NCBI GenBank assembly: GCA_963674735.2 | Contig: CAXXQS010000002.1 | Location: forward strand, 1,472,001 to 1,536,000 | Direction: 5' to 3' | Source: Myxococcota bacterium | GTDB lineage: Bacteria > Myxococcota_A > SURF-8 | DNA: 64,000 nt | Shown: positions 48,307-58,213 of the stretch, piece after piece | How positions within the stretch are numbered: the first letter of the stretch is position 1 | Layout: every line of letters starts with the position of its first letter | The notes under the pieces: generated by a model | What the model saw: the letters and a program-made list of their open reading frames with translations, nothing else | The model's database searches: none | Told to the model about the DNA's origin: nothing | Translations under genes and position numbers: made by a program

Positions 48307-48989
48307 TGGATAGCTACGGAATCGGACTCGCCACCGCGATCTGGCTGGGGATCCTCACCTCCATCAGTCCCTGCCCGCTGGCGACCAACATCGCCGCCAT
48401 CAGCTACATCGGCAAACGGGTGGACCGGCCCCGGCTCGTACTTGTAAGTGGCCTGCTCTATACGCTGGGACGCATGCTCGCCTATTTCGCCGTGGCTTGG
48501 CTGGTGGTGGGGGGGCTGTCATCGATTCCGGAGGTCGCCAATTTTTTGCAGCGGCACATGAACCAGGCCATCGGTCCCATTCTGATTCTTGCCGGGCTGC
48601 TGCTTTTCGATTTTCTCCCGCTACCCTGGCGCGGATCGGGGGTGTCGGAGCGGGTGCGAAAATGGGCCGAGGCGCTGGGAATCTGGGGTGCGCTGCTCTT
48701 GGGAGTGGTGTTTGCACTGGCCTTCTGCCCGGTATCGGCGGCCCTGTTTTTCGGAAGCCTGATTCCGTTGGCGCTGCATCACGAGTCGAGCCTGGCCATG
48801 CCGTCGCTGTACGGCATCGGCAGCGCCTTGCCGGTGGCCGTCTTCGCCGTTATCCTGGCTTTCGCCGCCAATCGGCTGTCGAGCTTTTTCAACATCATGA
48901 CGGCGGCTGAAAAGTGGATGCGTCGGATCACGGCCACAATTTTCATCGGGGTCGGCGTCTATTACCTGATAAACTTCACGCTCGCTTAG
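48306..48989 (+). CDS. ArsG-family / CcdA(DsbD)-like membrane protein
   Basis: LGILTSISPCPLATNIAAISYI, YTLGR, FALAFCPVSAALFFG. Confidence 0.85.
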   Translation: MDSYGIGLATAIWLGILTSISPCPLATNIAAISYIGKRVDRPRLVLVSGLLYTLGRMLAYFAVAWLVVGGLSSIPEVANFLQRHMNQAIGPILILAGLLLFDFLPLPWRGSGVSERVRKWAEALGIWGALLLGVVFALAFCPVSAALFFGSLIPLALHHESSLAMPSLYGIGSALPVAVFAVILAFAANRLSSFFNIMTAAEKWMRRITATIFIGVGVYYLINFTLA

Positions 48990-49175
48990 TTTCGTGATGC
49001 CACGTTTTGGGGGTTCGCGCCAAACATGCATTTGTGCTATAACCCGGGTGAATGGGTAACCGCTTTTCCGCTCACCTTTTTGGGTGTCCGTTCACCGTGC
49101 GCCTGCAGGCCGATAAATCGTGGGGCGTGCTGTTCAGACGGGTGAAGCCGGAGATCTTGACTGTGATGGATTGTC

Positions 49176-50498
49176 ATGAAAAAACTGCAAAAATTCGCGC
49201 TCATCTATTTACTTGCACTCGGATTCGCCGCTTGGGGTTATTCGATCGGTGAGTTTCACGTCTGGCCGTATTCGCTGCTCCAGGAAATTCACGATTTCGT
49301 CGAGGGCGACCCGGAAGAAAAGAAAACCACCCTGACCGAGAAAATCCTCAACGACAGTAATCTCCACCCCTCCCGCAGTCTGGTCAAATACGATCCGGGC
49401 AAGCGACGTCCGTACCGGGAGCTGACCATCCCCGGAAAAAGCGCAAGGCGGGATCAGGCGAAAATCTACACCAGCGAGCGGGCTCCGGCCGGGTATCGGC
49501 TCATTTACGGGTCCTTCGACTTTGAAGAAGGCCGTCATGGCGCCTTGCTGCTGGACAAAAACTGGCAGGTGGTTCACACCTGGATTTTGCACGAACGCGA
49601 TATGTCATTCAAGATGAAGAACCCGGAGGAGCGCAAGTTTCCGCATGGCTTCAAGATTCTGCCCGATGGCTCGGTTCTGTTCGCCTTCGACTTCGGCATT
49701 TCGATTCAACGTTTCGATTGGTGCGGAAACCGCCTGTGGGCGACCCGCTCCGGAATCGATCACAGTATCGAGCCGGACGGCGAAGGCACGGTCTGGTCGG
49801 TCGGCTATCCGGACTTCATCAGTCGATTCAATCTCGCAAGCGGCAAGCGGCTGCGCAATTTCAAGATTCACAAGTTCATGGGCGCAAATCCATCCATCGA
49901 CATTCTGGGCTTGCGGCAAAACGACTACAATAATCGCTGGACCTGGGCCAAGGGGAAGGGCGGTCCCTGGCATCCCAACGATGTCGAACCTCTGCTGCCC
50001 GAAATGGCGGACGCCTTTCCGCAATTTGAGGCGGGCGATCTGCTGATCAGTCTGCGTTCGATCAACCTGATTTACGTGGCGGATCCGAAAACCCTGAAAA
50101 TCAAATGGTGGCGCATGGGTTCCTGGCGGCGGCAACACGATCCGGACTGGCAACCCGACGGAACCATCACCGTTTACGACAACAACATGCATCGGGGTGT
50201 CAGCCGTATCGTGCAGATCGATCCGAAAGATTATAGCACCCGCATTCTGTTCGACGGCCGCCGGGAAAACTTTTACACCTGGATGCGCGGCAAACATCAG
50301 GTGCTCGAAAACGGCAACATTTTGATCACGAGCCCGCAGCAGGGCCGCGTGTTCGAAGTGACCCCGGGCGGCGAGGTGGTGTTCGAATTCCTGAATGTTT
50401 ACAACCAGGAGACGCACGAGATGCTGCTGGTTTCGGAGGCCGTTTATCTGCCGGAAGATTTCTTTTCCTTCGACAAACCTCCGGTTTGTTCCGAGTAA
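49176..50498 (+). CDS. Arylsulfotransferase (ASST)-family beta-propeller protein
   Basis: PHG...LPDGS, HPNDVE, LISLRSIN, QHDPD, YDNN, NGNILIT...GRVFEVT..GEVVFEF. Confidence 0.82.
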   Translation: MKKLQKFALIYLLALGFAAWGYSIGEFHVWPYSLLQEIHDFVEGDPEEKKTTLTEKILNDSNLHPSRSLVKYDPGKRRPYRELTIPGKSARRDQAKIYTSERAPAGYRLIYGSFDFEEGRHGALLLDKNWQVVHTWILHERDMSFKMKNPEERKFPHGFKILPDGSVLFAFDFGISIQRFDWCGNRLWATRSGIDHSIEPDGEGTVWSVGYPDFISRFNLASGKRLRNFKIHKFMGANPSIDILGLRQNDYNNRWTWAKGKGGPWHPNDVEPLLPEMADAFPQFEAGDLLISLRSINLIYVADPKTLKIKWWRMGSWRRQHDPDWQPDGTITVYDNNMHRGVSRIVQIDPKDYSTRILFDGRRENFYTWMRGKHQVLENGNILITSPQQGRVFEVTPGGEVVFEFLNVYNQETHEMLLVSEAVYLPEDFFSFDKPPVCSE

Positions 50499-50752
50499 GA
50501 CTCGCGGGCGGCCGTGCTTGGTCGACAAGGAAACGCGTTTGCTTGGGGGAAAGTCTTTGCGGTGGGCAGGCCTAGGTTGATTCCCAGCACTCACGCATCT
50601 TTGCTTTCCATCCATTCAAGCACGACGTGTTTCATGCCGATGCATGACGCGCAGCCTGCGGCCGACGATGGCGTAAAAGATTGAATTTTCTCACGAACCG
50701 ATCGGAGCGCCCCCCTGTTTACGAGGTGTTTACGATCCGATTCTGTTTAATC

Positions 50753-50781
50753 TTGACAAGCGTGGGGCGAGTTGCTAAAAG
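50753..50781 (+). promoter_or_regulatory. Sigma70 promoter of tRNA-Thr
   Basis: TTGACA-17 nt-TAAAAG with TG extension, about 40 nt upstream of the tRNA. Confidence 0.65.
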
Positions 50782-50823
50782 AATTGGTCGCTGGATCGGT
50801 CTTCATCCCGTGTCCGGCGTTTG

Positions 50824-50899
50824 GCCAACGTAGCTCAGCTGGTAGAGCAGCTGATTCGTAATCAGCAGGTCAGGAGTTCGAATCTCCTCGTTGGCTCCA
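50824..50899 (+). tRNA. tRNA-Thr(CGT)
   Basis: Acceptor stem GCCAACG/CGTTGGC, D-arm AGCTCAGCTGGTAGAGC, anticodon loop TT-CGT-AA, T-arm GGAGTTCGAATCTCC, encoded CCA. Confidence 0.97.
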
Positions 50900-51076
50900 T
50901 AGTCATTTCAAAGGGTTAGACGATTTGGAGTCGTCCGACCCTTTTCTTTTTGGTGCGCTATGGTGCAATGAGGGTGTTTTTAGTCCTTTTTCACCGGGTC
51001 TTCCTGGGATCGATTCAGTGCCCCCCCTGAAACAGATCAGGGGGTGCTAGTTTCGATTCGGAAGGAGGATCAGGCT

Positions 51077-52234
51077 ATGCAAGACAGGAAAGAAAAGACC
51101 CAGGAAAACACCAAAAAGCGAGTCACTCGTAATCGGACATCCGCTCCCCAGAGACGCGGTGACAAGTGGCGGATCCAGTGGACCGACCACACCGGCAAAC
51201 GACGATCGAAGACCTTCGACACCTTCGATGAAGCCAATCGTGAACTTGAACGTGTCAAAGGGGCCAGACGACTCGTTCAGGATGGATCCCTTCCCGCGCC
51301 CCCTGAACCGATCACCTTCAAGGAGTTCGTCAAGACCTACTACATCCCAAACCGGACGGAACAGACACGCTGTCCCCGAAACGATCACTCCATCTTCAAG
51401 AATCATCTGTACACGGCCTTCAACGACTTCAATTTGGTCGATATCGACCTGCGGGTGATCGAATCCTTCAAGGGGAAGAAGTTGTCCGGTGGGATGCATC
51501 CGAACACACTCCGCCACATCCTGACCCTTCTGAAATCCGTTCTTCGATACGCCCATTCGATGGAATTCTTGCTAAGGGTGCCCGCGTTCAAGATGCCGAA
51601 GATCCCGGAACGGCCATACAGCTACATCCGGACCGACGACGGTATCCGGGCCTTACTGAGGGAGGCCAAGAAAGAAACCGATGGGGTCTATGAACTGTAT
51701 GCGACCGCCATCTATACGGGAATGAGGGCCGGGGAACTGCTGGGGCTGATGTGGGACGATGTCGACTTCAACACCCGACTGATCCGCGTGGCCCGATCCC
51801 ACGATCAACCGACGAAATCCGGAAAAGTTCGACACGTCCCGATCCTGGACACCCTCTGGCCCATCCTTCGTGAATGGCGGTTGAAGAACGATTCCAAGTA
51901 TGTCTTCCCGACCGAAATCGGAACCCGGCAGGCCCGAAGTCCAAGGGCGACCAAAACGACCTTCAAAGACTGCCTGGAACGCGCAGGATTGGACGATATG
52001 CGCTTCCACGACCTTCGGCATACCTTTGCATCCCATTGGGCCATGAAAGGCGGTACACGCGAAAAATTACAGGAAATCCTGGGACACTCCGATCCGACCA
52101 TGACCCAACGGTATCGACACCTCGAACCCCAAATCTTTCAGGATGACCTGGGGATCTTCGGAAAGCCTGAAGATCATTCATCGGACAATGTTGTCCAGGT
52201 TGGGGAACATCAAGACGTGGCCGCCAATATGTGA
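51077..52234 (+). CDS. int: Tyrosine recombinase/integrase
   Basis: TGMRAGELLGL (R), TKSGKVR (K), RFHDLRHTFAS (HxxR), ILGHS..MTQRY (H, Y); GGAGG RBS. Confidence 0.96.
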   Translation: MQDRKEKTQENTKKRVTRNRTSAPQRRGDKWRIQWTDHTGKRRSKTFDTFDEANRELERVKGARRLVQDGSLPAPPEPITFKEFVKTYYIPNRTEQTRCPRNDHSIFKNHLYTAFNDFNLVDIDLRVIESFKGKKLSGGMHPNTLRHILTLLKSVLRYAHSMEFLLRVPAFKMPKIPERPYSYIRTDDGIRALLREAKKETDGVYELYATAIYTGMRAGELLGLMWDDVDFNTRLIRVARSHDQPTKSGKVRHVPILDTLWPILREWRLKNDSKYVFPTEIGTRQARSPRATKTTFKDCLERAGLDDMRFHDLRHTFASHWAMKGGTREKLQEILGHSDPTMTQRYRHLEPQIFQDDLGIFGKPEDHSSDNVVQVGEHQDVAANM

Positions 52235-52247
52235 TCGTTTAGGGAGT

Positions 52248-52284
52248 GGAACCGGTCCGGGTAGGATTCATCCGGACCGGTTTC
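52248..52284. terminator. Hairpin between convergent int and vsr
   Basis: ggaaccggtccgg...ccggaccggtttc. Confidence 0.6.
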
Positions 52285-52696
52285 ATTTCCGATCCAGTCC
52301 CTTTTCCAGTTTCCGGATCAGTTTGTCTTCGTTCTTCAATTCGCACTGCCAAACGACCATGACCTTCCATCCCAACTTCTTCAAGTCCTTCGCGTTTCGT
52401 TTGTCGCGTTCGACATTGGCCTTGAACTTGTCCTCCCAGAATTCGACGTTCGTCGCTGGCGTGGAAGCATATCTACATCGTGGGTGGCGGTGCCAGAAAC
52501 ATCCGTGGACGAAGATCACCGTTCGATACTTCGGAAGGACGATGTCGGGTTTCCCAGGAAGGTCTTTTCGGTGAAGACGGAATCGGTATCCCAGGCGGTG
52601 AAGGATGGATCGGACTTTGACTTCGGGTTTGGTATTCTTTCCTTTGACCGCCCCCATGATGCGGGAACGATCTTCTTTGGAAAAGACATCGGGCAT
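52283..52696 (-). CDS. vsr: Very-short-patch repair endonuclease
   Basis: RSRIM..VKGKNTKPE, DLPGKPDIV, FVHGCFWHRH, GWKVMVVWQCE. Confidence 0.96.
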   Translation of the reverse strand: MPDVFSKEDRSRIMGAVKGKNTKPEVKVRSILHRLGYRFRLHRKDLPGKPDIVLPKYRTVIFVHGCFWHRHPRCRYASTPATNVEFWEDKFKANVERDKRNAKDLKKLGWKVMVVWQCELKNEDKLIRKLEKGLDRK

Positions 52697-52704
52697 CTTT
52701 GAAG

Positions 52705-54813
52705 TCAGTTTTCTTCGGGGTCCAGTTCCTTGAATTCAACATCCGTTGGACCTACACCCATTTTTCTCGGCTCTTTCCCTCTGTGGGCTGTCCCCAGGTC
52801 TAACATTCTTCGGGTTTGGGCGACCTCGGTAATTTTCCGATGGAACCAATTCCCGTCAACATTCCCGATTAGAACGTCCCTGTAATGTTCATAATGATTG
52901 CGTACTCTTTCAAAAACATCTTTCCATAGAAGAATGTCCAGATCTTTTCGTTCCTTCCAGGTCTGAAGGTCTTCCACTTCAAGCGCGGGTTCCTGTCCAC
53001 AAATGAAGACCATATGGAAGTCACCCCTTCTGGATTTCTTCAGCCGGGATTTATATTTTTCGAGTCTATGAAGTTCATCCAATTCGGCGATATGTCCAGA
53101 CCGTTTAATCTCGATAACGACATACTTCCCATCGCCTTCCAGGGCGAGGAAATCATATCGTAATTTTTCATTCGGATCGGAGACGTCTTCTGCGTTCCAT
53201 TCTTTGAGTTGTTTTGTTAAGGATTTTTCTTCGGATAGTACCTGCCATTCAGGATTCAGAAGCCAAGGATACCATGCCAGAAGATCGTGAAGATTGTCGT
53301 CCGTCAATGAAGATGGTGTTTCGGGGGCATCATTGACCAACATGTCGTCGAACTTTTCGATGATATTCAATCGGCCTTGAACGATTTCAAGGATCGCCCG
53401 ACTTTCCAACACTTGCCAACTCCCAAGTTTTTCAAGAAATTCGGCAAGTTTCTCCGGCTCGTCTTCACTCGCGACTTCGTTGATGTCGTCAATCAGATCG
53501 TGAAACTGCCTGAACTCGAAGGCCCGAATCAACGAATCTGCCAAATCGCGGGTTTTTTCCTTTTTCCTGTCCGATTTGCTCAGGATCTTCAGGAAACTTT
53601 CCACTTGTTTATGAGAAGTGGAATCCATCCGATTCATACGCGAAATAAAGTCTTCATCGTTCAAAAGGTAGTATTCGGTGTCACGTCCAACCAAATCGGC
53701 ACACCACCGAATCGCAGCACGGCTAGTACGTTGCCCCCACACTTTGAAATCATCTAACCGATCCTCTTCCCACTTCAACGATTGACGGTCGGTGGATATC
53801 AAATCGCCATCATCGGTATCATCGGAATCGACGAAGTCCGCATGTATTTCTCCTGAAAGATACCTGGTTCCGAATTGGCCCGAAGCCGTAGCTTCTACTT
53901 CGAAAAAGAAATCCGGAGACTGAACCATCTTCCCATTCGCATATATTATGAATCCACGGTATTCTTTGTTTTTCAGTGGACTATCGGCACATCCGTAGCG
54001 GTAAAGTATTTTTTCGCCACTCGGTAATTCATGGGACAAGTATAAAAACTCTCGGCCATCGGTGACTTCCACTTTCTCTGTTACTTCATTTTCCTCGGAA
54101 GGCACTTCTTCCAGGAACGATAATTCGGGTTCCTTTACTTCATTGCCGTTGACGTAGATTTTCATTTGGCCCCGAACTCTTCGACCGAACATCCGAGCCA
54201 ATGCCACACTCAGCGTTTCTTCGTCCAACGGTGTTTTGTGCTTCAACGACTTCAATGTCACTATGGTTCCGTTCGACCCCAATCCTTCAGCATCTTTTTC
54301 AATTCCTCCGATCGGAACTTGGGTGACATCTTCCTCGCCTTCACCACCGTATAGTTTACTTTTGTCCCAGTCGAACTCGATAACCTTTCCATTCTTCCAG
54401 GTCTTAATCGCCATCGCATCGGCGATTCCGAATCCACCAAGTTTCCCTAGTCCTTTTCGACCAATAACCGGCCTTTCGGGATTACCACTGTCTTGTCCTT
54501 CTGCGCGTCTGTTTCTGCCGACAACCAGATATTGGTCCTGGACAGCACCCTCGTTCATGCCGCAACCATCATCCTTGATGATGATTTCCGACTTTTCCAC
54601 ATTCAGTATTCTCTTTGATGGATCATTCGGATCATCCATGAATGAGTTTTTCAATTCGATCTCGACAATGTTTGCACCGGCATCCCATGAGTTCGATACG
54701 AGTTCGGCAATCGCCATATCGCGACGCTTGTACAACTGCACCCCTAGATGATGGAGGGTCTTCCCAAGGACTCTTAAATGGAATTCGACTTTTCGTTCGG
54801 AACGATCAGACAT
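52705..54813 (-). CDS. GHKL (MORC/HSP90-like) ATPase fused to a PD-(D/E)xK nuclease; putative restriction subunit
   Basis: AELVSNSWDA, DDGCGM, GRKGLGKL, GTIVTL; C-terminal YPWLL..., RYDFLAL...VVIEIKRS. Confidence 0.85.
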   Translation of the reverse strand: MSDRSERKVEFHLRVLGKTLHHLGVQLYKRRDMAIAELVSNSWDAGANIVEIELKNSFMDDPNDPSKRILNVEKSEIIIKDDGCGMNEGAVQDQYLVVGRNRRAEGQDSGNPERPVIGRKGLGKLGGFGIADAMAIKTWKNGKVIEFDWDKSKLYGGEGEEDVTQVPIGGIEKDAEGLGSNGTIVTLKSLKHKTPLDEETLSVALARMFGRRVRGQMKIYVNGNEVKEPELSFLEEVPSEENEVTEKVEVTDGREFLYLSHELPSGEKILYRYGCADSPLKNKEYRGFIIYANGKMVQSPDFFFEVEATASGQFGTRYLSGEIHADFVDSDDTDDGDLISTDRQSLKWEEDRLDDFKVWGQRTSRAAIRWCADLVGRDTEYYLLNDEDFISRMNRMDSTSHKQVESFLKILSKSDRKKEKTRDLADSLIRAFEFRQFHDLIDDINEVASEDEPEKLAEFLEKLGSWQVLESRAILEIVQGRLNIIEKFDDMLVNDAPETPSSLTDDNLHDLLAWYPWLLNPEWQVLSEEKSLTKQLKEWNAEDVSDPNEKLRYDFLALEGDGKYVVIEIKRSGHIAELDELHRLEKYKSRLKKSRRGDFHMVFICGQEPALEVEDLQTWKERKDLDILLWKDVFERVRNHYEHYRDVLIGNVDGNWFHRKITEVAQTRRMLDLGTAHRGKEPRKMGVGPTDVEFKELDPEEN

Positions 54814-54823
54814 TCATTTGTCC

Positions 54824-55861
54824 TTAAAATGTAAGATGTTTTCTAATCTGGTTGGCCTGTCGTCGAATGAACTCCGGTGGAAGAGCGTTGCCGATCATTT
54901 GGCCGGCTCCGGTCTTTCCCTTGGCCAACGAAAAATAGTAGTTCCTGGGAAACGTCTGTAAGAGAGCCGCTTCCCGTAGGGAGATCGCACGATCTTCTTC
55001 TGGATGAAGGAAACGCCCCTTTGAGGGATTGAAGCACCCACTGGTTATCGTCGACGACACACGGTCCCACCACAGTCGCCCATAGACATCTTTGAACCCA
55101 GGGCATTTCTTGTGGCATTCCAGTTGCCATTCTTCGGGAAGATCCATTCGACTACCACCATCCTTCGGAACCAATCGGATCAGTTGACGGGTCTTCTCCG
55201 TCCTTTTTTCGCCGATGTCATGAAGGGGATCTTCACTTTCGCCGACAGGGGGAAGTCCCTCTATCGCTTGGCGGACCGTGAAGGTTTTAGAGGATTTTCT
55301 GGCGAATCGAATCTTTCCTGTTTTCGATGCCAGAAGGATCAATCGCTTCCTTCTTTGTGGGACGCCGAAATTGGAGGCGTCGAACACCTTCCTTCTGACC
55401 GAATAACCGATGCCTTCAAGGTCGGCCATGAATTTGTCAAGACGTTCATCCGTTGCGAGTCCGGGGACGTTCTCCATCATGACTGCTTCGGGCTGCATCG
55501 TTTCGATGAACCTGAAGAAATCGAACACCAGATCGTTCCTGGGATCGTCCACCGATCCGGGTCTGTTCAGGGTTCTCATGGATGAAAACCCCTGACAAGG
55601 TGGACACCCCGCGAGTAACGACAATTCACCCTGTTTCAGACCCAAATCGTTCATGACCGCTTCGGGATCAAGTTTGGTGATATCTTCTTTCCAAACCTTC
55701 ACTTCAGGATGATTCACTCTATAAGTGTCGACTGCGAGGGGTTCGATTTCGATCGCCCCTTTTACATCGAATCCGGCCTGTTTCAGGCCAAGGGTCAACC
55801 CGCCCGCCCCGCAGAACAGGTCGACCGCACACAACTTCGTTTTTTTCTTTCTTCTACCCAT
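54824..55861 (-). CDS. dcm: DNA (cytosine-5) methyltransferase
   Basis: DLFCGAGG, GCPPCQGFS, MENVPG, GVPQRRKR, REAALLQTFP, IGNALPP. Confidence 0.96.
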   Translation of the reverse strand: MGRRKKKTKLCAVDLFCGAGGLTLGLKQAGFDVKGAIEIEPLAVDTYRVNHPEVKVWKEDITKLDPEAVMNDLGLKQGELSLLAGCPPCQGFSSMRTLNRPGSVDDPRNDLVFDFFRFIETMQPEAVMMENVPGLATDERLDKFMADLEGIGYSVRRKVFDASNFGVPQRRKRLILLASKTGKIRFARKSSKTFTVRQAIEGLPPVGESEDPLHDIGEKRTEKTRQLIRLVPKDGGSRMDLPEEWQLECHKKCPGFKDVYGRLWWDRVSSTITSGCFNPSKGRFLHPEEDRAISLREAALLQTFPRNYYFSLAKGKTGAGQMIGNALPPEFIRRQANQIRKHLTF

Positions 55862-56022
55862 TCGCGTCTCGGAATCATAGATAACAGTGCGATAATTCTA
55901 CCAATTTGACGCTTTCAACGCAAGAGAAAGCGTTTTCCCACGTCGGGATTCATCCCTTATACCGGAATCGGTGCCGATTCTCAAAGAAATCACCCAAATC
56001 CCCCGCACAGGGTGAAAGGAAA

Positions 56023-56424
56023 CTAGGGTTTCTTCTTTTTGAATTTGGCGGAACCATGACCGATGTGATCAGTCAATTTTTCATCGACATCACGAAGGAC
56101 TTCTCCTGTCTCCTGATCGACAACCAATTCACGATATCGGTTACCATCCTTGTCGGTAATCCTGGTCTTATCCACCCACTTGTCCTTGTCGATCCTCTTT
56201 TCTTCCCCTATGATTTGTTCATGCCGAATCTTCTTTTTCGAGGGCTTGGAATCGTCTTTCAGTCTTGTGCGAGTCCATTCACGGGGTTTGGGAATCGTTT
56301 CCTCAAAGAATGTCTGAATTTTCAGTTTAGAACTGCCACAATATGGACATTGTTCTGGCGGATTACTTAACGGACCATCAAGTTCCTTTTCACATTCCCT
56401 GCAAAACATTTTGAATTCACTCAT
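56023..56424 (-). CDS. Zinc-ribbon hypothetical protein
   Basis: CREC...CPYC; C-terminal HIGHGSAK; start overlaps the upstream stop, with GGAGG RBS. Confidence 0.75.
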   Translation of the reverse strand: MSEFKMFCRECEKELDGPLSNPPEQCPYCGSSKLKIQTFFEETIPKPREWTRTRLKDDSKPSKKKIRHEQIIGEEKRIDKDKWVDKTRITDKDGNRYRELVVDQETGEVLRDVDEKLTDHIGHGSAKFKKKKP

Positions 56425-57499
56425 AATATCCTCCGAGCTTCTTTATCGTCGAATCGTATCGCCGCTTGATCCCGACCGTCGGGTCAAGATCCAGGGCAGA
56501 CTTCCACAAGCCGACCGCCGTTTCCAGGTCGCCTTCGGCGTGGGCGATCTCCCCCTTGAACCGAAGGAAACGGGCCTTCCAGTTCGGCTCGAACGTTTCC
56601 ACATCCCCTTCCACCGAAGCCAAACGTTCTTTCGCTTCGTCGATCTTCGGTGGCTTCTGTTTCAGGGCATCCCATGCCCCATCGATGAATTTGACGTACG
56701 GGGGAATATGAAGGACATGTTCGTTCCAGGCGTCTTCGAATCCCGGTGGGAGTTCCCCTTTGGGACCGAACGGGAATAAAAGTCGTTCTCCATCGTCCTT
56801 CCGAATCACGGCGCATATCCGGTCTTCGTCGAAATCGATCCTGTCCCAGAAGTCCGCCTTCCAAATCTGTTTGCCGGTACTCGCTTCCAGATAGAAAGTC
56901 TTCCCCGAATGCGGTTCATGGTCGCTGTTGGCCGTACACACGAACACCCTGGACGAATCCGGCGAAAACCCAGACGTGTAGATATTGGCCTTGTAGTGCT
57001 TCGCCCACAGTCGATTCCCTTCCTTGTCGAAGGCCAACAGCGCCCCGGACAGGTTTTCATCTTTCCAGTCTTCCACGATCACCATACCGTCGTCGGTGAC
57101 ATGGGCATTGTTCGCCCGATTGATGGTCTTGACGAACAGCGGTCGATTCGATCCCGATTCGAAAAGGGCGCACTTGCCCTTGATACGTCGGTCGTTTTCA
57201 TAGTGATGATCCGACGATCCGACGATGAAGCGACCGTTCGGTGAAACGTGATCCTTCATCACGAACCCGTCGCGGGAAATGGACAGAAAGTCTTCACCAA
57301 AATCGGAACCGGGATCGGATGTCGGAACCCTTCGATCGGAAGTCGAAGGTGACGGTATTCCCCGCGCCTGGGACTGTGACTCCATCGATCGCTTCAACAT
57401 ACCGTAAATGGCGATCGGGAAAAATACGATGAACAGAACGACCAACAACAGGTCGTTGTCGTACCATTTTCTAGTTTCTGGTTGAATCGTCATCTTCAT
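56417..57499 (-). CDS. Membrane-anchored beta-propeller + TPR hypothetical protein
   Basis: One N-terminal TM, SPNG/SPDS blade-like repeats, C-terminal TPR (KGEIAHAEGDLETAVGLWKSALDLDP). Confidence 0.7.
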   Translation of the reverse strand: MKMTIQPETRKWYDNDLLLVVLFIVFFPIAIYGMLKRSMESQSQARGIPSPSTSDRRVPTSDPGSDFGEDFLSISRDGFVMKDHVSPNGRFIVGSSDHHYENDRRIKGKCALFESGSNRPLFVKTINRANNAHVTDDGMVIVEDWKDENLSGALLAFDKEGNRLWAKHYKANIYTSGFSPDSSRVFVCTANSDHEPHSGKTFYLEASTGKQIWKADFWDRIDFDEDRICAVIRKDDGERLLFPFGPKGELPPGFEDAWNEHVLHIPPYVKFIDGAWDALKQKPPKIDEAKERLASVEGDVETFEPNWKARFLRFKGEIAHAEGDLETAVGLWKSALDLDPTVGIKRRYDSTIKKLGGYYE

Positions 57500-57550
57500 C
57501 CAATCGCTGGCAAAGAATTCAAGATTTCTTCTTCTCCTATCTCAAACCGT

Positions 57551-58213
57551 CTATCTTCTTCTCCACGGAGATTTGTATCTTCCATTATTGGTCTGGTGGT
57601 ATTCTGCAAGATGGTCGGCAAGGTAATTGTCAACTATTACTATGATTTTCTCGATATCATCGCGATAGGAAATCAGATCGGGAATCTTGACATAGTTTGC
57701 TCCAGAACCTTGGTGGGCAATATCCCCCCTGACACCAACAAATTCATCCAGATCGGGATAAGTCCCATCCCACGAATCAGAAATACTTTCAATACCCAAA
57801 AATCTCTTGAATAGCTTATCAAGGTGTTCTTTTTTTGGCGTATTCAACTTGTCTACTTGATATTGGGCGACTTCTTGTAGAAGATTAACCCACCCATCCC
57901 CCGCAAGCTCAAAAGGTTTCAGTTCATGTTTACTTTCTTTAACGTAGGTGGACAAGTATCTCTTTACAGGAACAGGAATGTTGTCGGGGCTGGAAGTGGA
58001 ATCGATCATTTTCTTAAGACTTTCGAGCAAAACACTTTCCATGTACTGTTCCCAGGCAGCACAAAGCATAACGACCCCGCTACGGGTGATATGTCCCAGT
58101 CCTCGTCTTCCTCTTCCACTATCGCTTAGGAAGGAATGGGTATTGATTAGCTTGTCAACATCAACTACTAGGGTCTTCTCAAAAGTCGAGAGAGCTTCCG
58201 ATGGCATCTCCAC
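57551..58213 (-). CDS. HEPN-domain protein (RiboL-PSP/MAE_28990-like)
   Basis: RSGVVMLCAAWEQYME helix, LNTP, RxxxxH motif RGDIAH. Confidence 0.8.
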   Translation of the reverse strand: MEMPSEALSTFEKTLVVDVDKLINTHSFLSDSGRGRRGLGHITRSGVVMLCAAWEQYMESVLLESLKKMIDSTSSPDNIPVPVKRYLSTYVKESKHELKPFELAGDGWVNLLQEVAQYQVDKLNTPKKEHLDKLFKRFLGIESISDSWDGTYPDLDEFVGVRGDIAHQGSGANYVKIPDLISYRDDIEKIIVIVDNYLADHLAEYHQTNNGRYKSPWRRR

